Source: Octopus sinensis (taxonomy: Eukaryota). From it: a stretch of 64,000 bases of DNA. How positions within the stretch are numbered: position 1 is the first letter of the stretch; every line of letters begins with the position of its first letter. This document shows positions 1 through 14,278 of this stretch, one piece after another. Where the stretch lies: assembly GCF_006345805.1 (NCBI RefSeq), contig NC_043001.1, positions 90,954,001-91,018,000 on the forward strand, in the 5' to 3' direction. A program made the position numbers and the translations under genes. Below the pieces are notes generated by a model, which saw only the letters and a list, made by a program, of their open reading frames with translations, ran no database searches and was not told the origin of the DNA.

Positions 1-77
1 TGTTGAAAAAGTATTAGTAAAAGAAAGGGAGTGATTATTAAAAAAAAAAAAAAACCGTTTGAGAGGCACTGCGCTAA

Positions 78-462
78 TCTCTCTCTATATAAACGGCAGT
101 TTGTCTGTGCGTGTTTCTGTGTGTCTGTTTGCTTGTACCCTCACCCTGACCACGGCTTTCAACCGATTCTGATGAAACTTGACACACACATAGCCCAATG
201 TCATAATTCAAAACTAACGTAGCGAAAATTTTGAAAAGTTCCCCCAGTTCTGAAAAAAAATCGATAAATTCGACATGGGGTCGAGAATCAGAAACACAAA
301 CCGCAAACTGTCTAGGGGACGCAACTCCACCTTTTTTCACTCTCAAAAAAAATTTACCATCATTTTTTTCCATTTTTTTGCTATTTTTTGGCTATAACTC
401 TCTAAAAATGCTTTATAGTTATTTCCCTTACAAACCTGAGCAACGCCGGGCGATACTGCTAG
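78..462 (+). mobile_element. Non-autonomous Helitron-like element
   Basis: A|TC 5' end, CTAG|T 3' end preceded by a GC hairpin (cc[t/c]gagcaacgccggg), no TSD. Near-identical copy at 23005-23372. Confidence 0.8.
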
Positions 463-1959
463 TCTATTATATTTGGTGAGACATTTCCGAGCTCTTACGC
501 GAAACTGTTGTTTCATCCCCAGCGCACTTGTAATAATAGATATCAATGAAAATCTACGGCAGTGATTTTCTATTAGTTCACCATAGACGTTCTCTTTTTC
601 TCTAGTTTCACAAGGAACATTTACAATCATAGGGCAGTTGATCTCTATTACAGTGCATGATTTTTGTTCCCTATCTTACAGAACAATATCAGACCAATTG
701 CATTTGTACATTTTATCAAAAATATTCATTTCACAAACTCCGGAAACTGATATTATTCTTGAAATTGTGCCTCGTATCATAAACCTCAAAGTTAGCATTT
801 ATTCATTCAATAAATAATTTTTTTACATTACGTATACAGAATAAACTGCAAGTTTTGCAAATAGCGAATTAAAACTTAAAATGAAAACATTGAAACGAAT
901 ATATATTAAACTATCATTAATGAAAATAGAGGTGAGAGACTGTTGCAAATGAATAATATTGTTTATTAAGCATTAAAATCTACTCTGCAGTGAATGCAAC
1001 GAATATTTAAATTAGTGAAAAACTTGTAGTCCAAATATTCAATAAACTTCAGAAATCGAACACACAGGAAATTTCTTGGAAAATGAATTTATAAAAAAAA
1101 TTTCCAAACGGTCAAGCCTTTATTAATTGCTTTCTTTTAGTAACTGTTACATACCTAATTAATTAACAGCTTTCTCCATGATAATATAGATCAGTGGCGA
1201 CGCTTAACCCGAGTATAAATTAGTCAAGTGAATTGTATTTGCAAGCTGATTTAATTTCTAGCTACACTAGCTTCAAGTATGTAATTGCAGCCAATAACTC
1301 GGGCTCCTTTTACTGAGCCTGGTTGCAGTTCTTAATTTTTGGTCAGCGTCTGGGGATGTCTTAGAAGTACCCTGTGTCAAAAAATATTCGTAGCAGACAT
1401 TCTCTCGATATCGTTCACACACACCTAGCTAGGGTTCAGAAGTTACAGCCCGAGTTGTTACCTATAATCGTAAAAATTAAAAGTGATTCAAATTCAACGT
1501 TTTCTTGAAAGGATATATTTCTATAGAGATTGGCATTTAAATTCTAATCTATGAAAAGTTTCCATTCTACAATATTCTTTAAGAAACGAAAATTTATCTA
1601 GGAAACTCAGGCTGATACGAACAAGCCTAGTAAGTGTAAAAAATTAGCTGGCATCTCTTTTCAAGTGTACACGCGACAGTCAGATCGTTAATGTTTGTTG
1701 TGCACTTCGCTGTCGTTATTTGATTGCTGTTATTCTGTGCGTCTGTGTGCAAAGATCAGTTGTGTCTTGCAGGGTTGTCTTATTTTAACCATTAACTTAG
1801 AAATTGAGAAAGACATAGTGTTAGATATAAAAAAATAAGTCATTTGGGGATAGAAAAAAAGCAGAAAAATGTGAAATTCTTCGAGCAGGCATGTGACTTT
1901 ATGCGAAATCTGTGATGAGCCCGAATGACGCTGATGACCTGGAGTCACCTCTGATATGG

Positions 1960-1990
<31 letters not shown>

Positions 1991-2267
1991 TGTATGTATG
2001 TATGTATGTATGTATGTATGTATGTATGTATGTATGTATGTGTGTGTGTGTGTGTCTGTGTATCTATGCGTGCGCGTGTGTGTGTACTATACACATATAC
2101 ATGTGTGCACATATATATATGTGTATATATCTATACCTGTGTGTGTATATATATGTATACCTATATATATGTATACCTATGTATATGTATACCTATATAT
2201 ATGTATACCTATATATATGTATACCTATATGTGTGTGCATATACTTATATTTATCTATGTCTGCCTG

Positions 2268-2357
<90 letters not shown>

Positions 2358-2402
2358 CATCCATCCATCCATCCATCCATCCATCCATCCATCCATCCAT
2401 CC

Positions 2403-2492
<90 letters not shown>

Positions 2493-2495
2493 ATT
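1960..2495. repeat. Compound microsatellite (TATG)n-(TG)n-(TA)-(TCTA)n-(TCCA)n
   Basis: Read directly. Representative of many similar tracts (e.g. 3060-3215, 13660-13790, 21018-21435, 28597-28740, 48550-48730, 61580-61840). Confidence 0.97.
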
Positions 2496-2782
2496 CCGGC
2501 AGGGGGTGGTGGCAATCCCTGCTGTACTCTTTCGCCACAACTTTCTCTCACTCTTTCTTCTGTTGGCCTGCTCGCTTAGCCAGCGGGGTGGCGTCATTTG
2601 AAGGCTAATACAATGCGAAGCGCATTGTGACCAGCGATGTGTAGCAACATCTGATAGTCTGGTCGGTCACGGTGATCACGGTGATATGTATATATATATA
2701 TATACATATATACAAATATACGAATAAGAGGAAAAACGAAAGAAAGAGCACTCAACACATTTATTGGGAGCTACATGTATTG

Positions 2783-2950
2783 TTCAAAACAGTTTGATAC
2801 AGATTCCGTGCTACTTAAACCTTCAAAACCTCTAACGGGGTCCTTTCCCCAGGCCGCTGAAATTCCGGATTTCCACCGACCTGAGGGAAAGCCACCATTA
2901 GGGCTTTTGAAACTTTAAGTAGCGCGGAATCCAAATCAAACTGTTTTGAA
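2783..2950. repeat. Foldback hairpin MITE (~75-bp arms)
   Basis: ttcaaaacagtttgat...gctacttaaa / tttaagtagc...atcaaactgttttgaa; the inner arms also pair. Confidence 0.8.
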
Positions 2951-2963
2951 AAATATATAAGCG

Positions 2964-3004
<41 letters not shown>

Positions 3005-3146
3005 GCACGCACGCACGCACGCACACACGCACGCACGCACGCACGCACGCACTCACACGTACGTATGTACGTGCATGCATACATGCATACATGCATGCAT
3101 ACATGCATACATACATACATACATACATACATACATACATACTACA

Positions 3147-3182
<36 letters not shown>

Positions 3183-3479
3183 TACATACGTACATACATA
3201 CATACATACGTACGTACGTGACCGTGTCTGTATCGTTGACGATTTTCTTTCTCCGTCTTCCCTTCCTTGGACCTTTCCTTTCCTGAGCGTCTAATAACAC
3301 TATACTTGTTCCACGTCCTCGTGTTGTTACATGCAAACAGCTATTTGGAGCCACAGATGATGGGTGGGTGTCATGTTGAAACCAAAGCGGGCGAATTCAC
3401 CCCTAAAATTGCGACTTGTCGCCTGTCAAAGGTGTTACCCCTCCCCAATACCCCATACACCTCAAAATACAAAATACAT

Positions 3480-3712
3480 ATTTCTTTATTGCCCACAAGG
3501 GGCTAAACATAGAGGGGACAAACAAGTACAGACAAACGGATTAAGTCGATTACATCGACCCCAGTGCGTCACTGGTACTTAATGTATCGACCCCGAAAGG
3601 ATGAAAGGTAAAGTCGACCTCGCCGGAATTTGAACTCAGAACGTAGCGGCGGACGAAATACCACAAAGCATTTCGCCCGGTGTGCTAACGGTTCTGCCAG
3701 CTCGCCGCCTTA
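3480..3712 (-). mobile_element. SINE family C monomer with a short TSD
   Basis: Flanked by aaaatacaaaatac on both sides. Further copies at ~4590-4745(+), 10794-10923(-), 11297-11842, 32262-32440(-) and 63318-63440(-). Confidence 0.85.
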
Positions 3713-5065
3713 AAATACAAAATACAAAACACAAAACAATATAAAAGTTACACGTTTGCATGTACCATTATAAATGGTAGGAAAATAACACTGCTAATAT
3801 CAGGATTAAGGATAAAATAAAAGACTGTGGAGATACATAACCGTAGTCTTACCGTTGGAGGGGACGTCGAAATATATTTGAGTGTCCGTAAAAATATGCT
3901 TCGGATTGCAGAAGATTGTAAGAGGTTAAACCATTGTACCTCACGTTTACATTGTTTATGAAGGTTTGGATTGTTTGAGATATTAGCCGTGTATAATTTT
4001 ATCCTTAAAAACCACTTAACCTCATCAGTGCATTATTATGATACTGAGACGATCTGTTGAAGATATGTTGGATAAGCAATAGACTAAACTTTTAACTCAG
4101 TTTTTGGCAATGGAGAATAGTTGGTTGGAACATTTGTTAATGAGTATTATCCGTTGTATTTTGTGAAATGGTAGTAGTTTAGGTTTATATGTGCTGTGTT
4201 ATTAGACTGAATTGTTTAAACGTGTTGAATGATTTCCTGAAATTGTAATTGGTGAGCATTGACTGATTAACCGAATGATTAAACAAGCAATCGATTTGTC
4301 AGTTGATGATAAAGAAATGAAATTGAACCAGCGCGCGTGTTCATTATCGGAGTGATAATCTTCCTGAGATACAACAAAAAGGAAACATAATTAGGTTTGA
4401 AATTAAAGAAAACAACAATAAAATGCAGCGATATGATCAGATGACAACGATATTTATCGGATCAGTGTTGTTGTTTTTGTTGTTATCTAATCACAACGCT
4501 CACTGATGTGATCAAACCACATATTTTAATCAGTCTTAAAGATATATGAAGGACAACAATGATATTACAGTTATACAAGGAAAAGTTGATTCGATGACAA
4601 CTGAACATATATTGTAAAAGAGCTGTACTTGTTTCGGCACTTTGAGTTCTGTGTTCAAATCCCACCGAGGCCAACTTTGTCTTTCATCCCTCCGGGTTCG
4701 ATAAAATATAGTACAAAGCAACCCTATCCCCTCAAAACTGCCGACTTTTTGCTTAAATCAGAAACAATCACACCAGGGCATTTTCAGAGACGTAGTTTTG
4801 AATTCAACTCATCTCCTTTTATGTTTCTGCTTATCTCATGCTTATGTCTGTTCACACGTACACGTGATGTGGATATATATAAAAAGAAGATACAAGGAAA
4901 TGAATTTCCTATACAGAACAAAAGTTTGCGTTCATTATATAGAGCTAAATGAATATAAAGTAATATAGGTTCCAAGGAAAAAGCAATTTTCAAGATATTG
5001 ACAACAAAAACACTTTAATTTCTTCAATATATTTTTTGAAAGATACAACTCTTCACACAAAATAT

Positions 5066-5128
<63 letters not shown>

Positions 5129-5162
5129 ATATATGCATGTGTTTTATTTATTATTTTATTAT

Positions 5163-5206
<44 letters not shown>

Positions 5207-5637
5207 ATAATAAAATAATAAATAAAACACATGCATATATACATACATATATGGACGTACCTACATCTATATGTATATATACATGCATATATGGGTACAG
5301 GACACCCAAAAAAAAAAAACGTCGAACACAATGAGAAACGAAAATATAAAAACAAAACCAAGGAAATGGACATTTTTCTGAAACAACGAAAAAATAGAGT
5401 ACAAGACATACAACACAAGGAACATTCCCCTTCTTCAGTCGCCATGGTTTCATCTACTCCACGTTTCGAAGGTAAAGGCGAGACACGACTTCTTGAAACA
5501 ATCCTTCCCGCAAAGCAAATTAAATAAAATTTGAGATTTTTTTGCGGAGGGGTAAAAGTGATAACAAAAACAGGACAGTAAAAACAAAACAAATAAAAAC
5601 AGTAAAAGACAGGACAAGGAGAATAACAGTAACACGA

Positions 5638-5704
<67 letters not shown>

Positions 5705-5871
5705 TACAAATATAGAATATAAAGCATATATTCGTATGAGATAGTTTGAATCAGTTCTAGAACATAAAAAGTTCGGATGTTAAAAGTATACAGACAATGC
5801 ATTGCAAAAATCATAAATATTAAGATGGATAGGTAGCTAAAAAAGCGAATACTTAAGTCCATATTCAAATT

Positions 5872-5970
5872 TGTATATATCCTACGGCCGTTTCAGGAAA
5901 GGTATTTCAGAATGGGTCAACTATTCGTACCCTTCTCGAGTATATACGTTTCCTTCATCAGGAATTATAA
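5872..5970 (-). ncRNA. Type I hammerhead ribozyme motif with extended stem II
   Basis: Reverse complement reads CUGAUGA-aggaaa[~60 nt]uuuccu-GAAA-C-GGCC-G-UA. Stem I is about 7 bp with one bulge. Located about 330 nt 3' of the PLE endonuclease stop. Confidence 0.7.
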
Positions 5971-6900
5971 GAAATTAGAAAAAAAATTTGTTTAGGTGAT
6001 ATCGAAAGATTTCATACTTAGACCAGGTATGCTAAGTTGTAATAAAAATTTGTTCAGATAACATAAATAAATTCTAAAATGATGCATTTACGGCTATTTT
6101 GAAATATATTGGGGATGAGAGGTTGGAGTTAAGGTTTCAATTATTAACATGGGTTGGCTATACTTTAATGAGAAAAAGATTTTAAAGAAGAAAAATACCT
6201 ATGTTTACAAAATATTAGAGCATCCGAAATCTTATTTAATAATATTTTCCTACTCGTACGAAGTATATTTATGGATTCTTTAGCGCATAGTCTACACACT
6301 CTAGTGTGTGTTATATGGATTTGTTTGAGTAATTATTAACCAATCTAGTTTAAATTGTTTATTTGGCGCTTTTAAATTATCTCTCTGTCTGGCTGTCGAA
6401 TTTGTCGTGCTCGGGTTTGTAAAAGAATTTTTATGCCCCCTATATCTAGTTTTAAAGTCTATCGTACTCTCTATGTAGATTTTCTTGGGTTCTTTTGAGG
6501 TACTTACTTCACACTTATAAACTACATTTTTTCTCAAACATGACCCTTTTAACGGGCACGATTCTGGGAATCGGCAATTACAAGTTCTTTTTAAGGAAAA
6601 TTTGATTATAACTCTCTTGATTATGTTCCATGGATTCCCTAGTATTCTTTTTAAGTTTAAATTTATTATTAGCAGCAACGACGATGGAGCCTAAATTAGC
6701 TGATGTTGAATGTAACAATTTTAAACTAGATTTGTTAAAGATGGGATGATCTTTATGATCCGGAGGGGAGTTTTTTTTCAATGATCTTAAAGAATAATTC
6801 GGGGAGATTCTTAACCTGAACGGAAAAAGGTGGGGTGAACCAAGTTATTTCCCGCTTTCTAGTGGTATTATTCCTAACCTGTCGGTTTCTTACTGATTTA
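5872..6900 (-). mobile_element. Penelope-like element relic (linker, GIY-YIG endonuclease and 3' region), frameshifted
   Basis: Minus strand translates as RKREITWFTPPFS...HPIFNKSSLK (PLE linker motif), then CNCRFPESCPLKGSCLRKNVVYKCEV...YIEST.DFKTRYRGHKNSF, matching the PLE Cys-rich plus GIY-YIG region. Confidence 0.8.
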
Positions 6901-7431
6901 TACACGAAGAAGATAGCCTCTGTGCAGCATATAAGCTACTGGGAAAGACTCAAGAGATTAAAACTCTATTCCTTGGAGCGTAGGCGAGAAAGATATGCCA
7001 TAATATACATCTGGAAGATCCTGGAAGGACTTGTCCCAAACTTTGGCATCGAGAGTTACACAAATGCCAGGACTGGGCGCCACTGCGTGGTGCCAAGGAC
7101 TCCAAATTTGCCATCAAGATGTAGGACAAGATACTGTGATAGTCTGGGCTTCCGAGGCCCACAGCTCTTCAATATCCTCCCGAAGAACCTCAGAGACCTG
7201 CATGGGGTGGATGCAGATGTCTTTAAAATGAAATTGGATCTCTTCTTGTCAGGTATCTCAGATGAACCAACTTCATGGCAGGAGGTGCAGATGAGGGCAG
7301 CTGCATCGAACTCTCTCATGCACCAAATGGCAGTTGCTAAAAAGCATTCATGAAGTAAAATCATGTAGCAACACCAAATGGCGGTGTCCCAGCATGGCCA
7401 CAGCTCGTGAGCTGAAACTAGATAAAATAAA

Positions 7432-7436
<5 letters not shown>
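6900..7436 (+). mobile_element. 5'-truncated CR1/L2-group LINE (end of ORF2 plus 3' UTR)
   Basis: SYWERLKRLKLYSLERRRERYAIIYIWKILEGLVPN...RGPQLFNILP...FKMKLDLFL..ISDEP...RAAASNSL is an uninterrupted LINE ORF2 C-terminus, followed by a short 3' UTR and A-rich tail. Confidence 0.85.
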
Positions 7437-7485
<49 letters not shown>

Positions 7486-7774
7486 GCGTGGGTTAGTGGT
7501 TAGGGTGTTGCACTCACGATTGCAAGATTGCGGTTTTGATTCCCGGACCTGGTGTTGAGTTGTGTTTTTGAGCAAAGCTCTTCATTTCACGTTGCTCTAC
7601 GATCAATTCGTCATCTGACATGTGGCACATGGAGCACCTGTACTGGTAGTGTCGATTTGATGGAGGGAGTAAGCTTGTGTGAACACAAACATTTGATCAT
7701 TATAAACAATCATCTGTGTGATTGTTCAGCAAAAAATTGCCGAACCCTCATACATCATCTGACAGGAGAGTCCA

Positions 7775-7834
<60 letters not shown>

Positions 7835-8065
7835 CATACATACATACATACATACATACACATACATACATACATATATATATACTTACATATTCCAAGA
7901 AAGTAAGAGATTATGAATCCAACCAACTAGGGGATAATATCTATCCAATATACTGCTGGTAGAATACCCAATTATTAATACACAAGTGTTTTTTATTGCA
8001 TTGCAATTACATTACCGAGTGTAATAAATGGGTGAAGGTAAAAAGATATTTTACCATTAATTCAT

Positions 8066-9475
<1,410 letters not shown>

Positions 9476-9476
9476 G

Positions 9477-10023
9477 CAGTAATCCCTCGACTATCGCGGG
9501 TGTTACGTTCCAAAACTACTTGCGATAGGTGAAAATCCGCGAAGTAGAAACAGTACTGTACTGTATATTTTGTAAAATCATTTTTATAATTTATACATAT
9601 TTATTTTATTATAAATGCCAAACAACACCACACATTCGCCTCCCGAGTTTCGTTTTCCATACAGTATGTGTGATTCTTTGTTACATCATCTACAGTACAG
9701 TACGTATTTTCTTTTAATATATTTTAATTAATGTGTTATACAGTGCAGTACTGTATTGTATTAAAAAAGAAACCTCACCAAAAACGAACAAATACTTACC
9801 AATTAAAAAAAATCTTTATTATCTATTTATTAATTTTTAGGCGTGGAAATGCTTATTTTTCCACAGAAATAATTAAAATCTAAAAAAATATAAATTCCTA
9901 TCGGTCACAGAAACCCGCGATATACCGAGGAGTCCGCGATATAAATTTTCATACATAAGCCAGAAAAATCCGCGATGTACTGAGGGCGAGATATGTGAAT
10001 CGCGATGTGGTGAGTGATTGCTG
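9477..10023. mobile_element. Tigger-like MITE (second, truncated inverted copy at ~55464-55950)
   Basis: Degenerate TIRs cagtaatccctcgactatcgcg / cgcgatgtggtgagtgattgctg|TA. Internal sequence is shared with the 55.5-kb copy. Confidence 0.75.
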
Positions 10024-10987
10024 TATGTATGTATGTATGTATGTATGTATGTATGTATGTATGTATGTGTATATATATATATATATATAAAATATGTATA
10101 AAAATACAAAATGGGACAAGAACGCAAAACACTCAAATAGACGACACAAAAAACGGACGGGTCATTCGAAGCCTCTAATCTTCAGTCAAGAACCGGATCA
10201 TCCTCGCAATTTCGGATGATTAATCTTGAGATCGTTCCGATCCGGCCAGCCCCAAGGAAAAACTAAGCTACAAGAATTAGATTTCTTGGAAAAAGGGTCG
10301 AATGTATACGAAACAAGGACAGAATAACAGACGATGCCACACGAATATAAATACAAAAAACAATAATAGTAACAACAGGACAAAAACAGCGGGTGTCTTA
10401 CGACTTTATATATATGTATGTATCTTTTATCTTTTTGCTGTTTCAGTCAGTAGACTGCGGCCATGCTGAATGAATCAATCGACCCCAGTACTTTTTCTTT
10501 TCTTTTTTTCTTTTATGCCTGGTACTTATTCTATCGATCCCTTTGCTGAACCACTAGGTTAAGGGGACGTGAACACACCAACATCGGTTGCCAAGCCGTG
10601 GTGGGACACACACACATACACACACATATATAGCAGGCTTCTTTCAGTTTCCATCTATCAAATCCACTCACAAGGCTTTGGTCGACTCGAGGCTATAGAA
10701 GAAGACACTTGTCCAGGCAACCATACAACCACGTCATTCTTCTGAAGACCGTAACCTATGAGTAAATGCACTCATTATAACTCTATATTTCTTATTTCTT
10801 TATTGCCCACAAGGGGCTAAACATAGAGGGGACAAACAAGGACAGACAAAGGGATGAAGTCGATTACAACGACCCCAGTGCATTTCGCCCAGAGCGCTAA
10901 CGTTTCTACCAACTCGCCGCCTTATATATAACTCTATATTTCTGTGAATAGTCTGTTTCTCTCTCTTTACACATGCACGAACACATG

Positions 10988-11022
<35 letters not shown>

Positions 11023-12270
11023 TTACATATATAAGGCCGAGACACTTTTTTCATAAATCAAAAGTTAAAATTTAACTTGGAGGAATAAATGTCCTAAACA
11101 TTTCCACTAACTGTCTCAAGTTTAAAATTAAGTCCTCTTTTTGAAGCCCTATTTTTTTTCCGATTGCCGAACGGTCTGCACTTTCTTGAAAAGGTGAAAT
11201 AAGGATTTCATTTAATATTTTGTATAAGTATTATCGTCAGCTAAATGCAGAGTGTGTGTGTGAGTTTGTATAAAATGTTAATATATAATGATGAGTTGGC
11301 GAGCTGGCAGGACCGTTAACAGGGGTGGACCCGAGGGTGGGCGGGGGAACTGAGGAGCACGTGCACCACTCAAGAAAAGAAGTGCGCCCTTCTAAATAAT
11401 GTTATTACGCCCTTTTCTCCTGGAATTGCATACCCTTCTGACCTTGTGCTCTCCCCTCGAAAAATTTCTGGGACCGCGCCTGTTAGAAAGTTGGACAAAC
11501 TGCGCAGTAGCATTTCTTCCAGCCCTTTACGTTCCGAGTTCAAATCCCGCTGAGGTTAACTTAAAGTTTTTTCGTTTCGGGATCGATGAAAAAAAAAAAA
11601 AAGAAAAGAGAAATACCTATTTCTTTACTACCCACAAGGGGCTAAACACAGAGAGGACAAACAAGGACAGACAAACGGATTAAGTCGATTATATCGACCC
11701 CAGTGCGTAACTGCTACTTAATTTATCGACCCCGAAAGGATGAAAGGCAAAGTCGACCTCGGCGGAATTTGAACTCAGCACATAACGGCAGACGAAATAC
11801 CGCTTAGCATTTCACCCGGCGTGCTAACGATTCTGCCAGCACTGGATTCGTTGTAGTTGATTAATCTCCTCCCTTAAAAAATATTCCAGGCCTTGGTAAG
11901 GATAGTAGAAAGGATATATATAATGTTAATTGCTTTTAAAAACGCGCTAATTTTGTCTTTGATTATCAATTCCAAAACGTTGATAACACTACGCAGTAAT
12001 ATGTCAAGAAGAGCTGTTTAAATGTTTCATAACGACAAAGAATTTAAGATTTTACACTGACTGGGAATTGTTTCAGTTTGGAAATAAAATTTAAGGTAGT
12101 GATTCTGAGAGATCACCAGGTAAGTTACGTACCCTCCCATTAAAATCTAAGGAACACCATCTAGACTCAACAATTTTTTTTTTCTTTTTACTTTTAAAAG
12201 ATAACGAAAATAAACAAACTTTATCAGATGGAAACTTCACACGAAACATTTGGTCAATAAATGAGCGTTT

Positions 12271-12830
12271 ATAAGGCGGCGAGCTGGCAGAAATGTTAGC
12301 ACGCCGGGCGAAATGCTAAGCAGTATTTCGTCTGCCGTGACGTTCTGAGTTCAAATTCCGCTGAGGTCGACTTTGTCTTTCATCCTTTCGGGGTCGATAA
12401 ATTAAGTACCAGTGACGCACTGGGGTCGATGTAATCGACTTAATCCGTTTGTCTGTCCTTGTTTGTCCCCTCTGTGTTTAGTCCCTTGTGGGTAGTAAAG
12501 AAACAGGTATTTCGTCTGCCGCTACGTTCTGAGTTCAAATTCCGCCGAGGTCGATTTTGCCTTTCATCCTTTCGGGATTGATTAAATAAGTTCCCTCTGT
12601 ATGTAGCCCCTCGTGGGTAGTAAAGAAATAAGAAACGTTAGCACGCCGGGCGACACGCTTTGCAGTATTTCGTCTGTCTTTATGTTCTGAGTTCAAATTC
12701 CACCGAGGTCGACATTGTTTTTCATCTTTTCGGGATCGATAAATTAAGTATCAGTTGAACACTTGGGTCGATCTTATCGACTGCCCCACCTCCAAAAAAT
12801 TTCGGGCCTTGTGCCTAGAGTAGAAAAGAA
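12271..12830 (+). mobile_element. SINE family C tandem array
   Basis: taaggcggcgagctggcagaa head followed by three recurrences of the gttctgagttcaaattcc..gaggtcga core. Confidence 0.85.
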
Positions 12831-13336
12831 TAAATGATCGTTAATAGACTAAAGACTTATTAAAGCGGTTGATTTATCTTTTAGATTTTACTTGTTTCAG
12901 TGATTGGACTGCGGCCACGCTGGGGCACCGCCTTGAAGGGTTTTTGTTAAACGAATCGATCCCAGTACTTATTTTAAAAGCCTGGTACTTATTGTGTTGT
13001 CGAACCGCTAAGTGAAGGACATCTAGACAAACCGATACCAATTGTCAAGCGGCGATGGAAGACAAATACTAACACACACACACACACACACACACATACA
13101 CACACATTCACATGTGTGTAATGAATAACTCAATAATAGATACTTAGGCAAGATTCGAAACCGAATTTAAATTTTTCCACCCGTTCCTTTCCTACTGTTT
13201 ACAACTTTTGCACTTAGAAATTTATAAGAGTCAACTGTCACTCTCATAAAAGTTAACATTCTTGGGTTAAATATGGTACAAGAGAGATCAACCAATTACC
13301 TTCCTATGGTCTTTGACCTACATACAACTTTCCAAC

Positions 13337-13455
13337 ATAAGGTGATTAAAATCAAAATAAGCAACAAGGATATTCAGAGGTAATGCAGTACGATCGTTTC
13401 GTTTTGCATTACCTCTGGATATCCTTGTTGCTTATTTTGATTTTAATCACCTTAT
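13337..13455. repeat. Near-perfect 51-bp inverted repeat with a 17-nt loop
   Basis: ataaggtgattaaaatcaaaataagcaacaaggatattcagaggtaatgca mirrored with one mismatch. A related half occurs at ~55950. Confidence 0.9.
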
Positions 13456-13655
13456 TTTGAAATTATATGGTTAATACCGTACTAAATTCTGGTGCCTTAA
13501 CTTATGTACCATATTCATCTGAATCTAAATTTTTACAACTTTCCAACATATATAAATAAATACGGTAACCAAATTCAAGTCTTCCTTATTTCTTTCGGCG
13601 TCGATGGAGGAAACCCCTTATGTAGGAACTACATAGCTCTTACCCTCTCTACTTG

Positions 13656-13766
<111 letters not shown>

Positions 13767-14278
13767 CTCTCTCTCTCTCTTTCTTTCCTTCTTTCTCCCT
13801 CTCTCTCCTTCTCTTTCCACCAATCTTCTAGCAGTCAACAAAAACAAAGTTAAATAATACCTACAGAATGAATAACAGAACGGCAAATGATTTGTGTATA
13901 ATGATAGCTTGAAATTGTACCTTAGGTTGTAACGATGAGAATTAAGAATCATTTCAATTAAAAAATAATATTTTTCTTTCGCTCATTTTAATTGTTACAT
14001 ACCATCATTCTATATATATGCGTGTGTGTGTGTAAGTGTGTGAGTGTGTGCGTGTGGTTGGGGAGCAAACTTCGGATCTTTTCCCTTTCAACGGCAGATC
14101 GAGAAATTAATTTTTTTGTAACTAAACACTTTCAAACTTAGGACACTGGTAGAATGTGTCATATAAAACATCTTTTACTCTTAGTGTTGCTGAGAAAAGT
14201 TTATATTTTCAAAGTTATTTCGTGTTAAAGTTGTCGTATTTCGGTAATTTCAACCAATCAATGACGTGTACTTAGCTG

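Noticed and set aside
1912-2608. Long ORFs rich in MYVC/IYLS/HTYI repeats (also 2815-3354, 21014-21493, 28493-28857, 48501-48830, 56287-56991, 61530-62150 and others)
   Set aside because: They are translations of tetranucleotide and dinucleotide microsatellites that lack stop codons.
3930-4035. Hammerhead candidate on the minus strand (CUGAUGA-ggttaa...ttaacc)
   Set aside because: The stem is not followed by GAAA. CUGAnGA hits at ~166, ~5433, ~10180 and ~15331 likewise lack a convincing full core.
6835-6900. N-terminus of the 172-aa ORF as part of the LINE protein
   Set aside because: This part is antisense Penelope-like sequence fortuitously in frame; the LINE starts at ~6900.
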